Below are positions 38,697 through 48,388 of a stretch of DNA of 64,000 nucleotides, piece after piece; position 1 is the stretch's first letter, and every line of letters starts with the position of its first letter. A program made the translations under genes and the position numbers. The stretch is taken from positions 2,206 through 66,205 of the forward strand of contig JBBIMH010000014.1 in the NCBI GenBank assembly GCA_037444505.1, written 5' to 3'. The notes beneath the pieces were generated by a model that was given only the letters and a program-made list of their open reading frames with translations, was not told the origin of the DNA and ran no database searches. Source of the DNA: Nitrospirota bacterium. GTDB taxonomy: Bacteria; Nitrospirota; UBA9217.

Positions 38697-40382
38697 TTAT
38701 ATCTCGTTCAGTGGAATCGCGACAGTGAGGGTCGTCCCCTTGCCCAGAACGCCTGTTATGGAGAACCTGCCGCCCAGAAACTCCACCCGCTCCCTCATGC
38801 CTATGAGGCCGTAGGAGTTGGGATCGCTCATCTCCGCTTTGGATATCCCCCTTCCATTGTCCTTTACAGTAAGCACAATCACACCCCCGCTGTCAGTGAG
38901 GGTGACCGAGACCCTAGTCGCCTGGGCATGCCGTGCCACATTCGTCAGCGCCTCCTGGAATATACGGAATATGGCAGTTGCGCGGTTTCTGTCGAGGGAC
39001 ACGGTCTCGGGGTCGCACCAAAATTCGCATTTTATGCCGGTTCTCTTCTCAAACTCCCTCGCGCCCCATTCTATCGCGGCGACGAGACCGAGGTCATCGA
39101 GAACTCCTGGTCGGAGCTGCTGTGATATTCTTTTTACGCTCTGTATCGTCTGATCCACGAGGGATATTATCTCCTCGGTCTTAGAATGGAGCACCTCGTC
39201 CCCGGCAAGCCTGTTTTTGAGCCACGAGACATCCATCTTTATGGCAGTCAAGGCCTGGCCGAGTTCGTCATGTATCTCCCTTGCGATGCTCGTGCGCTCC
39301 CCCTCTCTCACCGCGTCTATATGAGCAGAGAGGTTTCTGAGCATTTCTCGTGATGTCCTGAGCTCATCCATCGCCCTCCTGCGTCCGGTCACATTTATGA
39401 GGCTCAGCACCACGCCCGTGACATATCCGTCCCCGTCTTTTATAGGCACAAGGCTCCAGTCCCAATACGTCACCCCACGTTCTGGATGCCCTGCGTATTC
39501 GAAAGGCTTTTCAGAGACGGAGTACTGCTCTCCCGTCTCCACAACGCTTCTGAATATCCTCTCGTTTTCTTCGTTCGGATACAGTTCGAAGTGATTCTTT
39601 CCTATGAAGAATTCCGGCTCGCGGCCGTCCGCCTCCGCATAGGCCCTGTTGACGCGGATGAAGTTGAAGTCCCTGTCCATGAACGCCACCATCACATGGA
39701 TGTTGGAGAACATATTCTCCAAAAGTTCGTTCGTCTTCTGGAGCGCATCGTGGTTCTTCCTGAGCTCCTCCTCAACGCCGAAGCGATACACCGCCTCGCC
39801 TATGATAAAACCTATCTGCTCGAGGAACTCCACCCTGTCCAAAGGCATCAAGCCCTTTTGCTCATCCGCGAGATGAATAGCGCCCAATACCCTGTCTCTA
39901 TATCTGATGGGCACCACCGCCATGGATGAAAAGCCGTGCTGCAGACATACGCCGCGGAACCTCTGCCTCTGCTCCTTCGTCAGCCCGTCGAAGAATACCC
40001 GAAGGTCGTTCGTATAGAACGAGCCGTACGGGGTCATGGCTTGGACATCCTGCTGCTCCGTCCTGCCGCTTATAACGCGGGTACAGGCGCAGTGGTCCGT
40101 CTCGACCGAGAGAAATCCCTCGGACTCTATAAAGGTGGTTTTGAAACCGATGCAGGAAGAATACGGCACACCGCCGTCGTCGGTGAGCACACGGATCCCT
40201 CCATGCCGACACCCGGACCATTCCGCCAAAAGCTCCACGGCGGCGTCGAGATACTCCTTCTGGGTCAGCTTTTCTGCAAACAGTTTAAGAAGAGAGCCTC
40301 GCACGAACTCGCGGCGGTCCGATTCAGAAAGCAGCGATAGGATAGGTTTCCTGCTCAAGCCTTCGAGCCCCTTGCCGTGCAT
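38697..40382 (-). CDS. Cytoplasmic sensor histidine kinase (GAF, PAS, HisKA_3, HATPase)
   Basis: ERTSIAREIHDELGQALTAI H-box of NarX/DegS-type kinases, with N-terminal GAF-like and PAS segments. No TM helices. Confidence 0.88.
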   Translation of the reverse strand: MHGKGLEGLSRKPILSLLSESDRREFVRGSLLKLFAEKLTQKEYLDAAVELLAEWSGCRHGGIRVLTDDGGVPYSSCIGFKTTFIESEGFLSVETDHCACTRVISGRTEQQDVQAMTPYGSFYTNDLRVFFDGLTKEQRQRFRGVCLQHGFSSMAVVPIRYRDRVLGAIHLADEQKGLMPLDRVEFLEQIGFIIGEAVYRFGVEEELRKNHDALQKTNELLENMFSNIHVMVAFMDRDFNFIRVNRAYAEADGREPEFFIGKNHFELYPNEENERIFRSVVETGEQYSVSEKPFEYAGHPERGVTYWDWSLVPIKDGDGYVTGVVLSLINVTGRRRAMDELRTSREMLRNLSAHIDAVREGERTSIAREIHDELGQALTAIKMDVSWLKNRLAGDEVLHSKTEEIISLVDQTIQSVKRISQQLRPGVLDDLGLVAAIEWGAREFEKRTGIKCEFWCDPETVSLDRNRATAIFRIFQEALTNVARHAQATRVSVTLTDSGGVIVLTVKDNGRGISKAEMSDPNSYGLIGMRERVEFLGGRFSITGVLGKGTTLTVAIPLNEI

Positions 40383-40409
40383 ACCGAGACTCCCTCATCG
40401 AGAATTTCC

Positions 40410-40494
40410 GGCTCATCGCATATAATGGTGCAAATAATAATTTCAGATAAAGCCTGGCAGGGCATGCCGGCCTGCACCAAAAAAGTGATGAGCC
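40410..40494 (-). repeat. Repeat family A, short (85-nt) copy lacking the central module
   Basis: The reverse complement equals the left ~30 nt plus the right ~55 nt of the full-length copies, joined at a ggca motif. Confidence 0.8.
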
Positions 40495-40593
40495 AAATTT
40501 CTTGATCAGCCCTGCAGCAGGTGGGAATGAGGAGATTCTATCTTAAAAGGATACGGAATTCAATCCAAATATTCTCCGAATATAGCTTCAGAT

Positions 40594-41313
40594 CTATGCA
40601 ATGACGTCGAATGAGGCATTCAATGCCTCGGCGAATCCGAGGCGAAAGGCGGCCTTCACCTCTTCGAGCAGGACATCCCTGCCGAGCTCTCCCTCTATGC
40701 ATGCGACCCCGTCGGCAGAGCCCCCGCCCGGGATAACAGATGCCTCGAGCGCGTGATCGTACGAAATGAGGATGGAGCCGTGCTGCAGAAAGGCCCCCCT
40801 CACCCTCCTCTGGGCGCTGCCGATGATCTTTCTCCCGTTCACGACTATCTCATACCAAGAAGGCGATGAAAAGCACGCCGGATCCTTTGAACGCCTCTTG
40901 ACGAGCGCGACATTTTTACATGACCGGGAGAGTATCTCCGCAGCTATACCAAGATTCGAGAGTCCCTTCAATAGCCCTTCTGCAATGACCCTGTATGTGC
41001 CGAGTATGTCGGAAGGGAAGAGAGGGACATCCGCCGGAGAGGCAATGGTGTAAGTTAGTTCTCGAAGGTGCAGCACCGCCCGCCCGCCGGTGATCCTCTG
41101 GACGATATCGATACCATGCCTTCTGCAGGCATCCATGTCCACAGAGGTCTCGATCCGCTGGAACCTTCCGATGGAGACGGCAGGGGGCTCCCATGTATAG
41201 AATCTCAGGGTGGGCGGCGCGCCTGAGGTCGCTTCCTCAAGCAGATGCCTATCTATCTCCATGTTCCTGGCCGCGTTACCAGGGCCTGTATCCATAAAAC
41301 GCCAGGTATGCAT
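40594..41313 (-). CDS. Lipoate-protein ligase/octanoyltransferase-family protein (BPL/LPL catalytic domain only)
   Basis: N-terminal LplA-like pattern (NMEIDRHLLEE, SIGRFQ, RITGGRAVLH, GRKIIGSAQRR). Confidence 0.8.
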   Translation of the reverse strand: MHTWRFMDTGPGNAARNMEIDRHLLEEATSGAPPTLRFYTWEPPAVSIGRFQRIETSVDMDACRRHGIDIVQRITGGRAVLHLRELTYTIASPADVPLFPSDILGTYRVIAEGLLKGLSNLGIAAEILSRSCKNVALVKRRSKDPACFSSPSWYEIVVNGRKIIGSAQRRVRGAFLQHGSILISYDHALEASVIPGGGSADGVACIEGELGRDVLLEEVKAAFRLGFAEALNASFDVIA

Positions 41314-41322
41314 CGAAAACCT

Positions 41323-42717
41323 TTACTTGAAGTCCTCTTTCTTGATGCCGTACCTCGCCATCTTCTCATGGAAATTCTTGATGTTCATGCCTGCGTGCCT
41401 GGCTGATTTCGTGACGCTCCCCCCGTACATCTTGAGAAGCCTGGAGATATACTCCCTCTCGAAACGCTCAATGCACTCCGACTTCATCTTCTTGAAAGGA
41501 CGGAGCTCCCCCAGTGCAACAGCCTCAAACACCGGACCGGGGTATGCGGTCGCCGGCAGATCTATGCGGCGTATTACCCCGCTCTTCTCCATGATCACAG
41601 CCCTCTCTATGATGTTTTCGAGCTCGCGCACATTGCCGGGAAATTGATACCGCATGAGGCTCGCAAGCGCTTGGGCGGAGAGAGTCATGACCGGCCTGCC
41701 GTTCTTTTCGCAGTACTTCTTGATGAAGTGCCCTGCGAGGATGGGCACATCATCCATCCGCTCGCGAAGCGGCGGGAGCTTGATGGGTACTACATTGAGC
41801 CTGTAGAAGAGATCCCCCCTGAAGTGGCGCTCCTGCATTGCACGGTGCAGATCCTTGTTCGTCGCCGCTATGACCCTGACATCCACTTTTATGGTCTCGT
41901 TTCCTCCGACGCGCTCGATCTCCCTCTCCTGAAGGACCCTGAGCAGCTTGAGTTGAACCGCAGGAGACATCTCGCCGATCTCATCTAAAAAGATCGTGCC
42001 GCCGTCCGCTTGCTCAAATCTTCCAATCCGCTGACGTATCGCACCGGTGAACGCGCCTTTCTCGTGGCCGAAGAGTTCGCTCTCGAGAAGGGTCTCGGGC
42101 AGGGCCGAGCAGCTCACCACCACAAACGGCCTGTCCTTCCGCCTGCTGTTGTAATGGATCGCCCGCGCAATCAGCTCCTTACCGGTGCCGCTCTCTCCCT
42201 GTATCAGCACGGTGGCGTCAGTCTCCGCCACGGTCCTGACGACGTGGAATATCTCCTGCATGCGGGGGTTCGATCCGATGATGTTCCCGAAGTGGTACCT
42301 CTCCTCCACCTCGTGCCTGAGGCTCTCTAGCTCGCGCGACAGCCTCCGCTTCTCCACCGCATTCTTCACCTGGAGGCTCAGCTCGCTGTAGTCCACAGGC
42401 TTCGTGAGAAAACTGTATGCGCCGTCTTTCATCGCCTTCACAGCCATCTCTATCGTACCGAAGGCGGTGACCACGATCACAGGGACGTTTGCATGTCTGC
42501 CGTCGCTGCTCTTCAGTTTCTCGAGGAACTCTATGCCCGACAGTCGCGGCATCTGGTGGTCAAGTACTATGACGTCGTAGTCTCTTGACTCCGCTTTCCT
42601 CAGGGCCTCTTGACCGTCCGCAGCCGTATCGACGCTGTAACCCTCTCTGCCGAGATTCGCAGACATCACGAAAAGGATGTCCGGCTCGTCATCTACTATT
42701 AAGATAGACCCTTTCAT
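41323..42717 (-). CDS. Sigma-54-dependent response regulator (NtrC family)
   Basis: REC, then an AAA+ sigma-54 interaction domain ([14 protein letters not shown]), then a C-terminal HTH. Confidence 0.93.
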   Translation of the reverse strand: MKGSILIVDDEPDILFVMSANLGREGYSVDTAADGQEALRKAESRDYDVIVLDHQMPRLSGIEFLEKLKSSDGRHANVPVIVVTAFGTIEMAVKAMKDGAYSFLTKPVDYSELSLQVKNAVEKRRLSRELESLRHEVEERYHFGNIIGSNPRMQEIFHVVRTVAETDATVLIQGESGTGKELIARAIHYNSRRKDRPFVVVSCSALPETLLESELFGHEKGAFTGAIRQRIGRFEQADGGTIFLDEIGEMSPAVQLKLLRVLQEREIERVGGNETIKVDVRVIAATNKDLHRAMQERHFRGDLFYRLNVVPIKLPPLRERMDDVPILAGHFIKKYCEKNGRPVMTLSAQALASLMRYQFPGNVRELENIIERAVIMEKSGVIRRIDLPATAYPGPVFEAVALGELRPFKKMKSECIERFEREYISRLLKMYGGSVTKSARHAGMNIKNFHEKMARYGIKKEDFK

Positions 42718-44362
42718 AATGCGGCCTCTGGTTGTCCGCCTTCTCCTTCCGGACAGGCAGCCTCACCAGCACCCTTGCGCCGCCTGTCTTGGACTGCTCT
42801 ATCCGGATGTCTCCGCCGTGGTTCTTGAGCACGTTCTGCACGATGGTGAGGCCGAGTCCCGTGCCCCTGGTCTTTGTGGTGAAAAAAGACCGGAATATCT
42901 TCTTCTTGTTCTCCTCAGGGATACCCGGGCCGGTGTCTTCAATCGCCACTACTACATGACCGTCTTTATATTCGGACGCTACAGTCAGCACACCGCTGTC
43001 CGGCATGGCCTCTATCGCATTTCTTATGATGTTCTGCATGGCCTGCTCGATCTGCATCTCGTCCGCATGTATCACAGGAACGTGCGAATCCAATCTGCTG
43101 ATTACTTCGATACCCTGACCCCTGATCTGTCCGCAGACCGCATCCAAGGCCTGCTCGAGAACCGCATTTATATTTATATCCGTAGGCCTGAGGGCCTGCG
43201 GCCTCGACATGGATAGGAGGTCGGATGCCACCTGATTGACACGCGAGGCCTGCCGTATGATTAGATCCGTGCACTTGCGTGCGGCAACTGCGCCTTCATA
43301 TTCCGTCGCGAGATAGTGCGCGGCTCCAATTATGGCATTCAATGGATTACGCACCTCGTGCGCCACCCTCGCAGCCATCTCTCCGAGTTCAGCGAGACGC
43401 CTCGAATGCTCGAGCCTCTCTGCAAGCCTCACGCGCTCGGTCACGTCTTTGATATATTCTACGACCTGTGCGACGCCGTTGTTGCGGCCATAAATCGGGA
43501 AGGTGGTGATCTCGACGATCCGCCCCCTGCTTCCGCCGCCCACAGCCGAACTGGACGGTATAGCCTTGGTGATCGTTGCAGCCTTGCCTGATGCGAATGT
43601 CTCTATGGCAGGGCAGTCTTCGCATATCTTTGCGCCGAACACGCAGGCCTCATAGCAGTAGCCGCCGGCGGAAATCCGCCTGTTCAAGAGCCGGGACATG
43701 GACTTGTTCACGGCAATCACCCTAAATTCGCTGTCTACGACCTGGATGCCGTCGGTTATGCCGTCGAACACCGCCTGAAGCGTCTTTTTGGCATCGTATA
43801 TCTTGTCCTCCATTTCCTTCTTGCGGGTGATGTCGTCGAGTACTATCACGACGCCGTTGTCCACGGACCAGGGCGTCCTGCCTAAAGGATATACGCTGTA
43901 GCTTATCACCTTGCGCGCGCCGTCTCTGCCCTTGAGCTCGTGTTCGAGGTCTATCGCCGCGCCCGCGGCCCAGACCGCGTTATTGAGCTTCTCTAAAAAG
44001 CCGCGCAGACATTGGAAGTCCGCTCCTATTATCCTGCCCACCTCTGAAAAGGGCAGCCCTATGACGGCCCCGGCCGGCGCGCCGAACAGCTCCTCTGCAG
44101 CGGCGTTGAACACTCTGATACGGCCTGCGCCGTCGAGCGATATGATTCCGGAAGCGACGCTGTCGAGCAGCCTGGCCATATGCATGAGCATCTCTTCCCC
44201 GGGCGGCCTGCCTCCTTTGATGCAGATGCGCGTCTCTCTCACCTTTTTCGAAAGGCAGGAAAAGACGCGGCCGGCCTGTGCGCCGAGACGCGATGCAGCG
44301 GCATCAAACCGCGTCCTGAGTCTTTTCATCCATACCGTCATTTTTAGATGTCCCCTGCGCAA
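42689..44362 (-). CDS. Sensor histidine kinase with tandem PAS domains, one carrying a four-Cys motif
   Basis: H-box AARVAHEVRNPLNAI and N/G boxes. Two PAS-like segments, with CYEACVFGAKICEDC in the second. The true start is uncertain (TTG at 44362; ATGs at 44341, 44329, 44191). Confidence 0.85.
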   Translation of the reverse strand: MRRGHLKMTVWMKRLRTRFDAAASRLGAQAGRVFSCLSKKVRETRICIKGGRPPGEEMLMHMARLLDSVASGIISLDGAGRIRVFNAAAEELFGAPAGAVIGLPFSEVGRIIGADFQCLRGFLEKLNNAVWAAGAAIDLEHELKGRDGARKVISYSVYPLGRTPWSVDNGVVIVLDDITRKKEMEDKIYDAKKTLQAVFDGITDGIQVVDSEFRVIAVNKSMSRLLNRRISAGGYCYEACVFGAKICEDCPAIETFASGKAATITKAIPSSSAVGGGSRGRIVEITTFPIYGRNNGVAQVVEYIKDVTERVRLAERLEHSRRLAELGEMAARVAHEVRNPLNAIIGAAHYLATEYEGAVAARKCTDLIIRQASRVNQVASDLLSMSRPQALRPTDININAVLEQALDAVCGQIRGQGIEVISRLDSHVPVIHADEMQIEQAMQNIIRNAIEAMPDSGVLTVASEYKDGHVVVAIEDTGPGIPEENKKKIFRSFFTTKTRGTGLGLTIVQNVLKNHGGDIRIEQSKTGGARVLVRLPVRKEKADNQRPHYERVYLNSR

Positions 44363-45839
44363 AGTGATAATAAGTATGCATCCCGAGCTTGAGCAGCCCC
44401 TTCTCTATCAGCCTCTTTGCAGACGAGGCGACGACAGGGTCGAACTGCCCGCCTGATTCTTTTTCGAGCTCTTCGATCACATCTGCACTCGAGATCGTCC
44501 CGCGATAGGGCCGCTCCGACACCATCGCATCTATGGTATCGGCTACATTGAGTATCCTGGCGCCCATGGTTATCTCCTCCCCTGCCAATCCCTGGGGATA
44601 GCCCTTGCCGTCATAGCGCTCGTGGTGCTGATATATGGCATCGATGATGGCGGGAGAAAAACCTATCGGCTCGAGGATCCTGATGCCGTGGGCCGGATGG
44701 TTCTTCATGAGGTCGTACTCCTCTTGGCTCAAGCGGTCGGGCTTGCTTATAATCCGCTCGCTTATTCCTATCTTCCCTACATCATGAAGGATGGATGCGA
44801 TATGTATCTCCTCGAGCTGGGCAGGAGAAAAGCCCAACTCCCTGGCAATGGCGACGGCATACTTGGCCACATTGGTGGAGTGCCAGCGGGTGTAGGGATC
44901 CTTCGCCTCGACTGCCGCCACAAGGGCCTGGACGGTCCTGAAGTAGCTCTCGCGCAGATCTTCGTAGAGCAATGCATTCTCCATTGCCGTGACCACCTGA
45001 CTGGCAAGTATGAGCACTATCTGAAGGTCGCTCGTGGAGAAAGGCGATCCGCTGTGCCTGCTCACATTCAGCACGCCGAAGGCCTTGTTCCTGCCGATGA
45101 GAGGTACGCACATGGACGACAGCGGCATCTCCTCGAGATTCAACGCAGCCTTGACATCAGCGTCGGGATGTCTTCCATTGGAGATTATGAGTGGCTGTTT
45201 TTTCTTGAGCACTATGCCCGAAACGCCCTCTCCCGGTTTGCGCCTCGCCTGAGCAACCATGGCGGCCGGCAGGCCGTGCGACGCCCTGATAACGAGGTCC
45301 CCGGTCTGCTCGTCCACAAGCATGAGCGACAACCTGTCCACTGCGAATTCCTTCACAAGCACGTCTGTGATGATCTTGAACAGATGCGCAAGATCAATCT
45401 CGCTGATCAGGAGTTTGCTTATCTCGAATACGGGAATCAGGGCCTTGAGCTTGATGTTCTCCTTCTGGAGCCTGGCGCGGCTCATCGCCCGGCCCACCGT
45501 ATTCACCAGTTCCTCCTGCGTAAACGGCTTCAGCACGAAACCTTCCACCCCGCGCATGAGCGATTCTATAGCGGTGTCGAGGGTGCCGTGTCCGGTAATA
45601 AAGACCGTGACCACATCCTGGTTCTTTGCGCGTACCCGCTCGAACAACTCCAGACCGTCCATCCCCGGCATCTTTATGTCCGTAATCAGCATATCGATGT
45701 CACTACGCTCGAATTCCGACAGGGCGGCGGCGGCATCCAAAGCAGTCGTCACGCGATATCCCTCCGCCGTAAGGATGTGCGTGCATAGGTCTCTGATCAT
45801 CTCCTCATCGTCTACGACCAGTATCTTTTCACCTGCCAT
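44304..45839 (-). CDS. Response regulator with REC, GAF and HD-GYP domains
   Basis: REC (ILVVDDEE...DIKMPGMDG), a GAF segment, an HD (ILHDVGK) and HHERYDGKGYP. Confidence 0.9.
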   Translation of the reverse strand: MAGEKILVVDDEEMIRDLCTHILTAEGYRVTTALDAAAALSEFERSDIDMLITDIKMPGMDGLELFERVRAKNQDVVTVFITGHGTLDTAIESLMRGVEGFVLKPFTQEELVNTVGRAMSRARLQKENIKLKALIPVFEISKLLISEIDLAHLFKIITDVLVKEFAVDRLSLMLVDEQTGDLVIRASHGLPAAMVAQARRKPGEGVSGIVLKKKQPLIISNGRHPDADVKAALNLEEMPLSSMCVPLIGRNKAFGVLNVSRHSGSPFSTSDLQIVLILASQVVTAMENALLYEDLRESYFRTVQALVAAVEAKDPYTRWHSTNVAKYAVAIARELGFSPAQLEEIHIASILHDVGKIGISERIISKPDRLSQEEYDLMKNHPAHGIRILEPIGFSPAIIDAIYQHHERYDGKGYPQGLAGEEITMGARILNVADTIDAMVSERPYRGTISSADVIEELEKESGGQFDPVVASSAKRLIEKGLLKLGMHTYYHFAQGTSKNDGMDEKTQDAV

Positions 45840-45866
45840 TGTAAGACCTCTCTGTTCATGCTCTCT

Positions 45867-47327
45867 CTACGCAATACGGCCGCCTGCCTCGATCGGGAGC
45901 ACGACCGTGAACACCGACCCTTTCCCCACAGAACTCTCCACCTCGATCATTCCGCCGTGGTTCCTGACGATCATGAAGCTTATGGACAGTCCCAGGCCGG
46001 TACCCGAGCCATCAACGCGTGTTGTGAAGAAGGGATCGAATATCTTGTCCAAATATGTATCGGGGATGCCTATGCCCGTGTCCTCGAAAGATATCTTTAT
46101 GACATCGGAATCGAGTTCCCTTTTCTCTCTGGTGCAGCGGATGGTCAGTCTTCCTCCGCCCGTCATGGCAAAGATGGCGTTGTTCATAATATTGACGAAG
46201 ACCTGCTTGATCTCATCCGGATCCACGGCAACAGCGGGCAGGAGCCCGTCGCATTCTGTGGATATCTCTATACCCGAAAGCCGGGCCTGAGTACGAACGA
46301 GGGACACAGAGTCCTCGACAACGCTGCAGATATCCAAGGATACGAGCCTCGGGGGTTTGCGCCTGGCGAAATCAAGCAGATTTTTGAGAATCTCCCTGGC
46401 GTGCAACGTCTCTCTCTCGATGGTCCTGAGGTGCTCTTTCTTGTCTTCAGGCACATCATCCGACTTCAAGAGCAGCCCTGTATATCCCAGCACCCCCGTC
46501 AATGGATTGTTGACCTCGTATGCGATGTTCGTGGCGAGTTCGCCTATGGCTGCAAGCTTTGCGCTCTGGACAAGCTGCCTCCTATAGGAATAGAGGCTCT
46601 GGGTCATTTGATTGAGGGCATCGCCGACAATCCTGAACTCCTCTCCCTCTGTGCCCCTTGTATCGACTTTGTGCTGAAGGTCTCCGGCTGCGATCCGCCG
46701 CGTGGCATCCACGAGCTTCTGGCACGGGATGTCTATGCTCCGGGCGAGCGAATAGGCTATGATGAGGGCGAGACTAATCCCAATGGCCAGCATGATATAA
46801 AGTATGCGCGTTGCCTGCCTGATGACAGCCATCGTCTCTTGTGTCTTGTGCTGCAATTTCACGTTTGCATTGAAGGCCATACCCTGGGTCATGGATATGA
46901 GTTCCTGCCCGAGCTCGAGCGCCCTCCGCTCGAGAGCGGATATCCGCCCTGGATTTGCCGATGCTGTGAAAAGCCTGCTTATGGCCGCCTTGTACTCATC
47001 CGATGTGTCTTTAATAGCGAGCAGTCCCTGCGTAAGTTCCGGCGCATGATGGCACCCGAGGCAGGCATTGATTGCCTTGTCCATCTCTTGAGCCTGGGCA
47101 ATAAGGAGGTCTATGTTCTTGCCCGTCCTCGCCCGGCTCCTGTATATGTGGGACTGGACCTGCTGGACATGGATAATGAGTCTCTCGCGCTGTATCTCTA
47201 TCTGGTGGAGCATTATGAGCCTGTCCATGCTCGATGTGGTCTTTGTGATCGAGGCTATGGCGATGGCGCTCCCCACAATGAATATGAGCAGAATCAACCC
47301 CAGCCCTCTGAAGATGCGTTTTTTCAT
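45867..47327 (-). CDS. Membrane sensor histidine kinase (periplasmic helical domain with CxxCH, HAMP, HisKA, HATPase)
   Basis: Two TM helices flank a helical domain of about 150 aa containing ACLGCHH. HAMP domain and H-box ATNIAYEVNNPLTGV. The ATG at 47327 is preceded by GGAGA. Confidence 0.88.
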   Translation of the reverse strand: MKKRIFRGLGLILLIFIVGSAIAIASITKTTSSMDRLIMLHQIEIQRERLIIHVQQVQSHIYRSRARTGKNIDLLIAQAQEMDKAINACLGCHHAPELTQGLLAIKDTSDEYKAAISRLFTASANPGRISALERRALELGQELISMTQGMAFNANVKLQHKTQETMAVIRQATRILYIMLAIGISLALIIAYSLARSIDIPCQKLVDATRRIAAGDLQHKVDTRGTEGEEFRIVGDALNQMTQSLYSYRRQLVQSAKLAAIGELATNIAYEVNNPLTGVLGYTGLLLKSDDVPEDKKEHLRTIERETLHAREILKNLLDFARRKPPRLVSLDICSVVEDSVSLVRTQARLSGIEISTECDGLLPAVAVDPDEIKQVFVNIMNNAIFAMTGGGRLTIRCTREKRELDSDVIKISFEDTGIGIPDTYLDKIFDPFFTTRVDGSGTGLGLSISFMIVRNHGGMIEVESSVGKGSVFTVVLPIEAGGRIA

Positions 47328-47467
47328 AGGTCTATTCTCCGATGAACTCGTAAAAAGCCCCATTTCACCGCAGAGGCCGCTGAGATCGCCGAGAAAGGCT
47401 CTGAATTAAAACGCACTTTTTCTGCGTGCTCGGTGGTAAGGTTGACTTCTTACGATGCCATCATCCT

Positions 47468-48388
47468 TTATCTGTTGGAATATTCGTACTTCTTCAGGTC
47501 GATCCCCGCCTGTCTGGACATGGTATAGACATATTCATACTCCCTGTCGAGGGTCTCAATGAACCCCCTGGCTCGGAACTGGGCAAGTACCCTCGCGCCC
47601 TCGGGGTCTCTGTCCATCTCGAGCAGAGCCGTTTTCAACGCCTTCTTCAGCTCTGGATCGAGATCCCCTCTTACCGCAAGACAGTTCTGAGGTACGACCT
47701 GTGATGTCGCGAGTATCATCAGCTCACGCTCTATGCGCGGATTCTCAGCTGCAAGCGCATCGTAGATAGTATTCTTCGCTGCGCCCGCATCTGCCTCCCT
47801 GTTAAGTACGGCGAAGACCGCGGCGTCGTGACTGCCGGTGAAGATGCTCTCCGCAAGGAACCCCTTTAAATCATGTATGCCGTTTTCACGGAAATAGGCG
47901 ATAGGAAAGACATAGCCTGCGGTAGTAGCATAATCCACGAAGGCGAATCTCCTACCCCTCATGTCCGCTGCAGTGCGGATGCCGCTGTCCTTCCGGACGA
48001 ATATATAGCCATGGTATGTGGATGTCCCGTCCATATTAACGGGCCTTGCAAGCGGCTCGATGCTCAGCCTCTGCCGCGCGAGGGCATATGTGAAGCTGCC
48101 GAAAAAGGCTCCATCCATACGTTCCGAGACGAAACGGTCTACTATGTTGCCGTACCTGCTCAAGCTCGTAAATGTCACGGAAATGCCGAGTCTTTTCGAG
48201 AGATAGTCTCCGAGGTGCTGATAGCGTTCACGCTGTCTGAATATGTTCTGCTCAGGGCTCAGGCCTATGAGCAGCTCTTCACAGCCCACTGACGTCCTTT
48301 TGACTGTATCTCGAGGCCCTCTGTCTTTGCAGGAGACGAGACAGATGATCGTCAAAAGCACAATATATATTATCAGTCTCCGTGTCAT
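47468..48388 (-). CDS. PhnD-like periplasmic substrate-binding lipoprotein
   Basis: Lipobox LVSC. The phosphonate/phosphate-type SBP pattern (FVDYATTAGYVFP) resembles PhnD-family binding proteins. Confidence 0.75.
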   Translation of the reverse strand: MTRRLIIYIVLLTIICLVSCKDRGPRDTVKRTSVGCEELLIGLSPEQNIFRQRERYQHLGDYLSKRLGISVTFTSLSRYGNIVDRFVSERMDGAFFGSFTYALARQRLSIEPLARPVNMDGTSTYHGYIFVRKDSGIRTAADMRGRRFAFVDYATTAGYVFPIAYFRENGIHDLKGFLAESIFTGSHDAAVFAVLNREADAGAAKNTIYDALAAENPRIERELMILATSQVVPQNCLAVRGDLDPELKKALKTALLEMDRDPEGARVLAQFRARGFIETLDREYEYVYTMSRQAGIDLKKYEYSNR

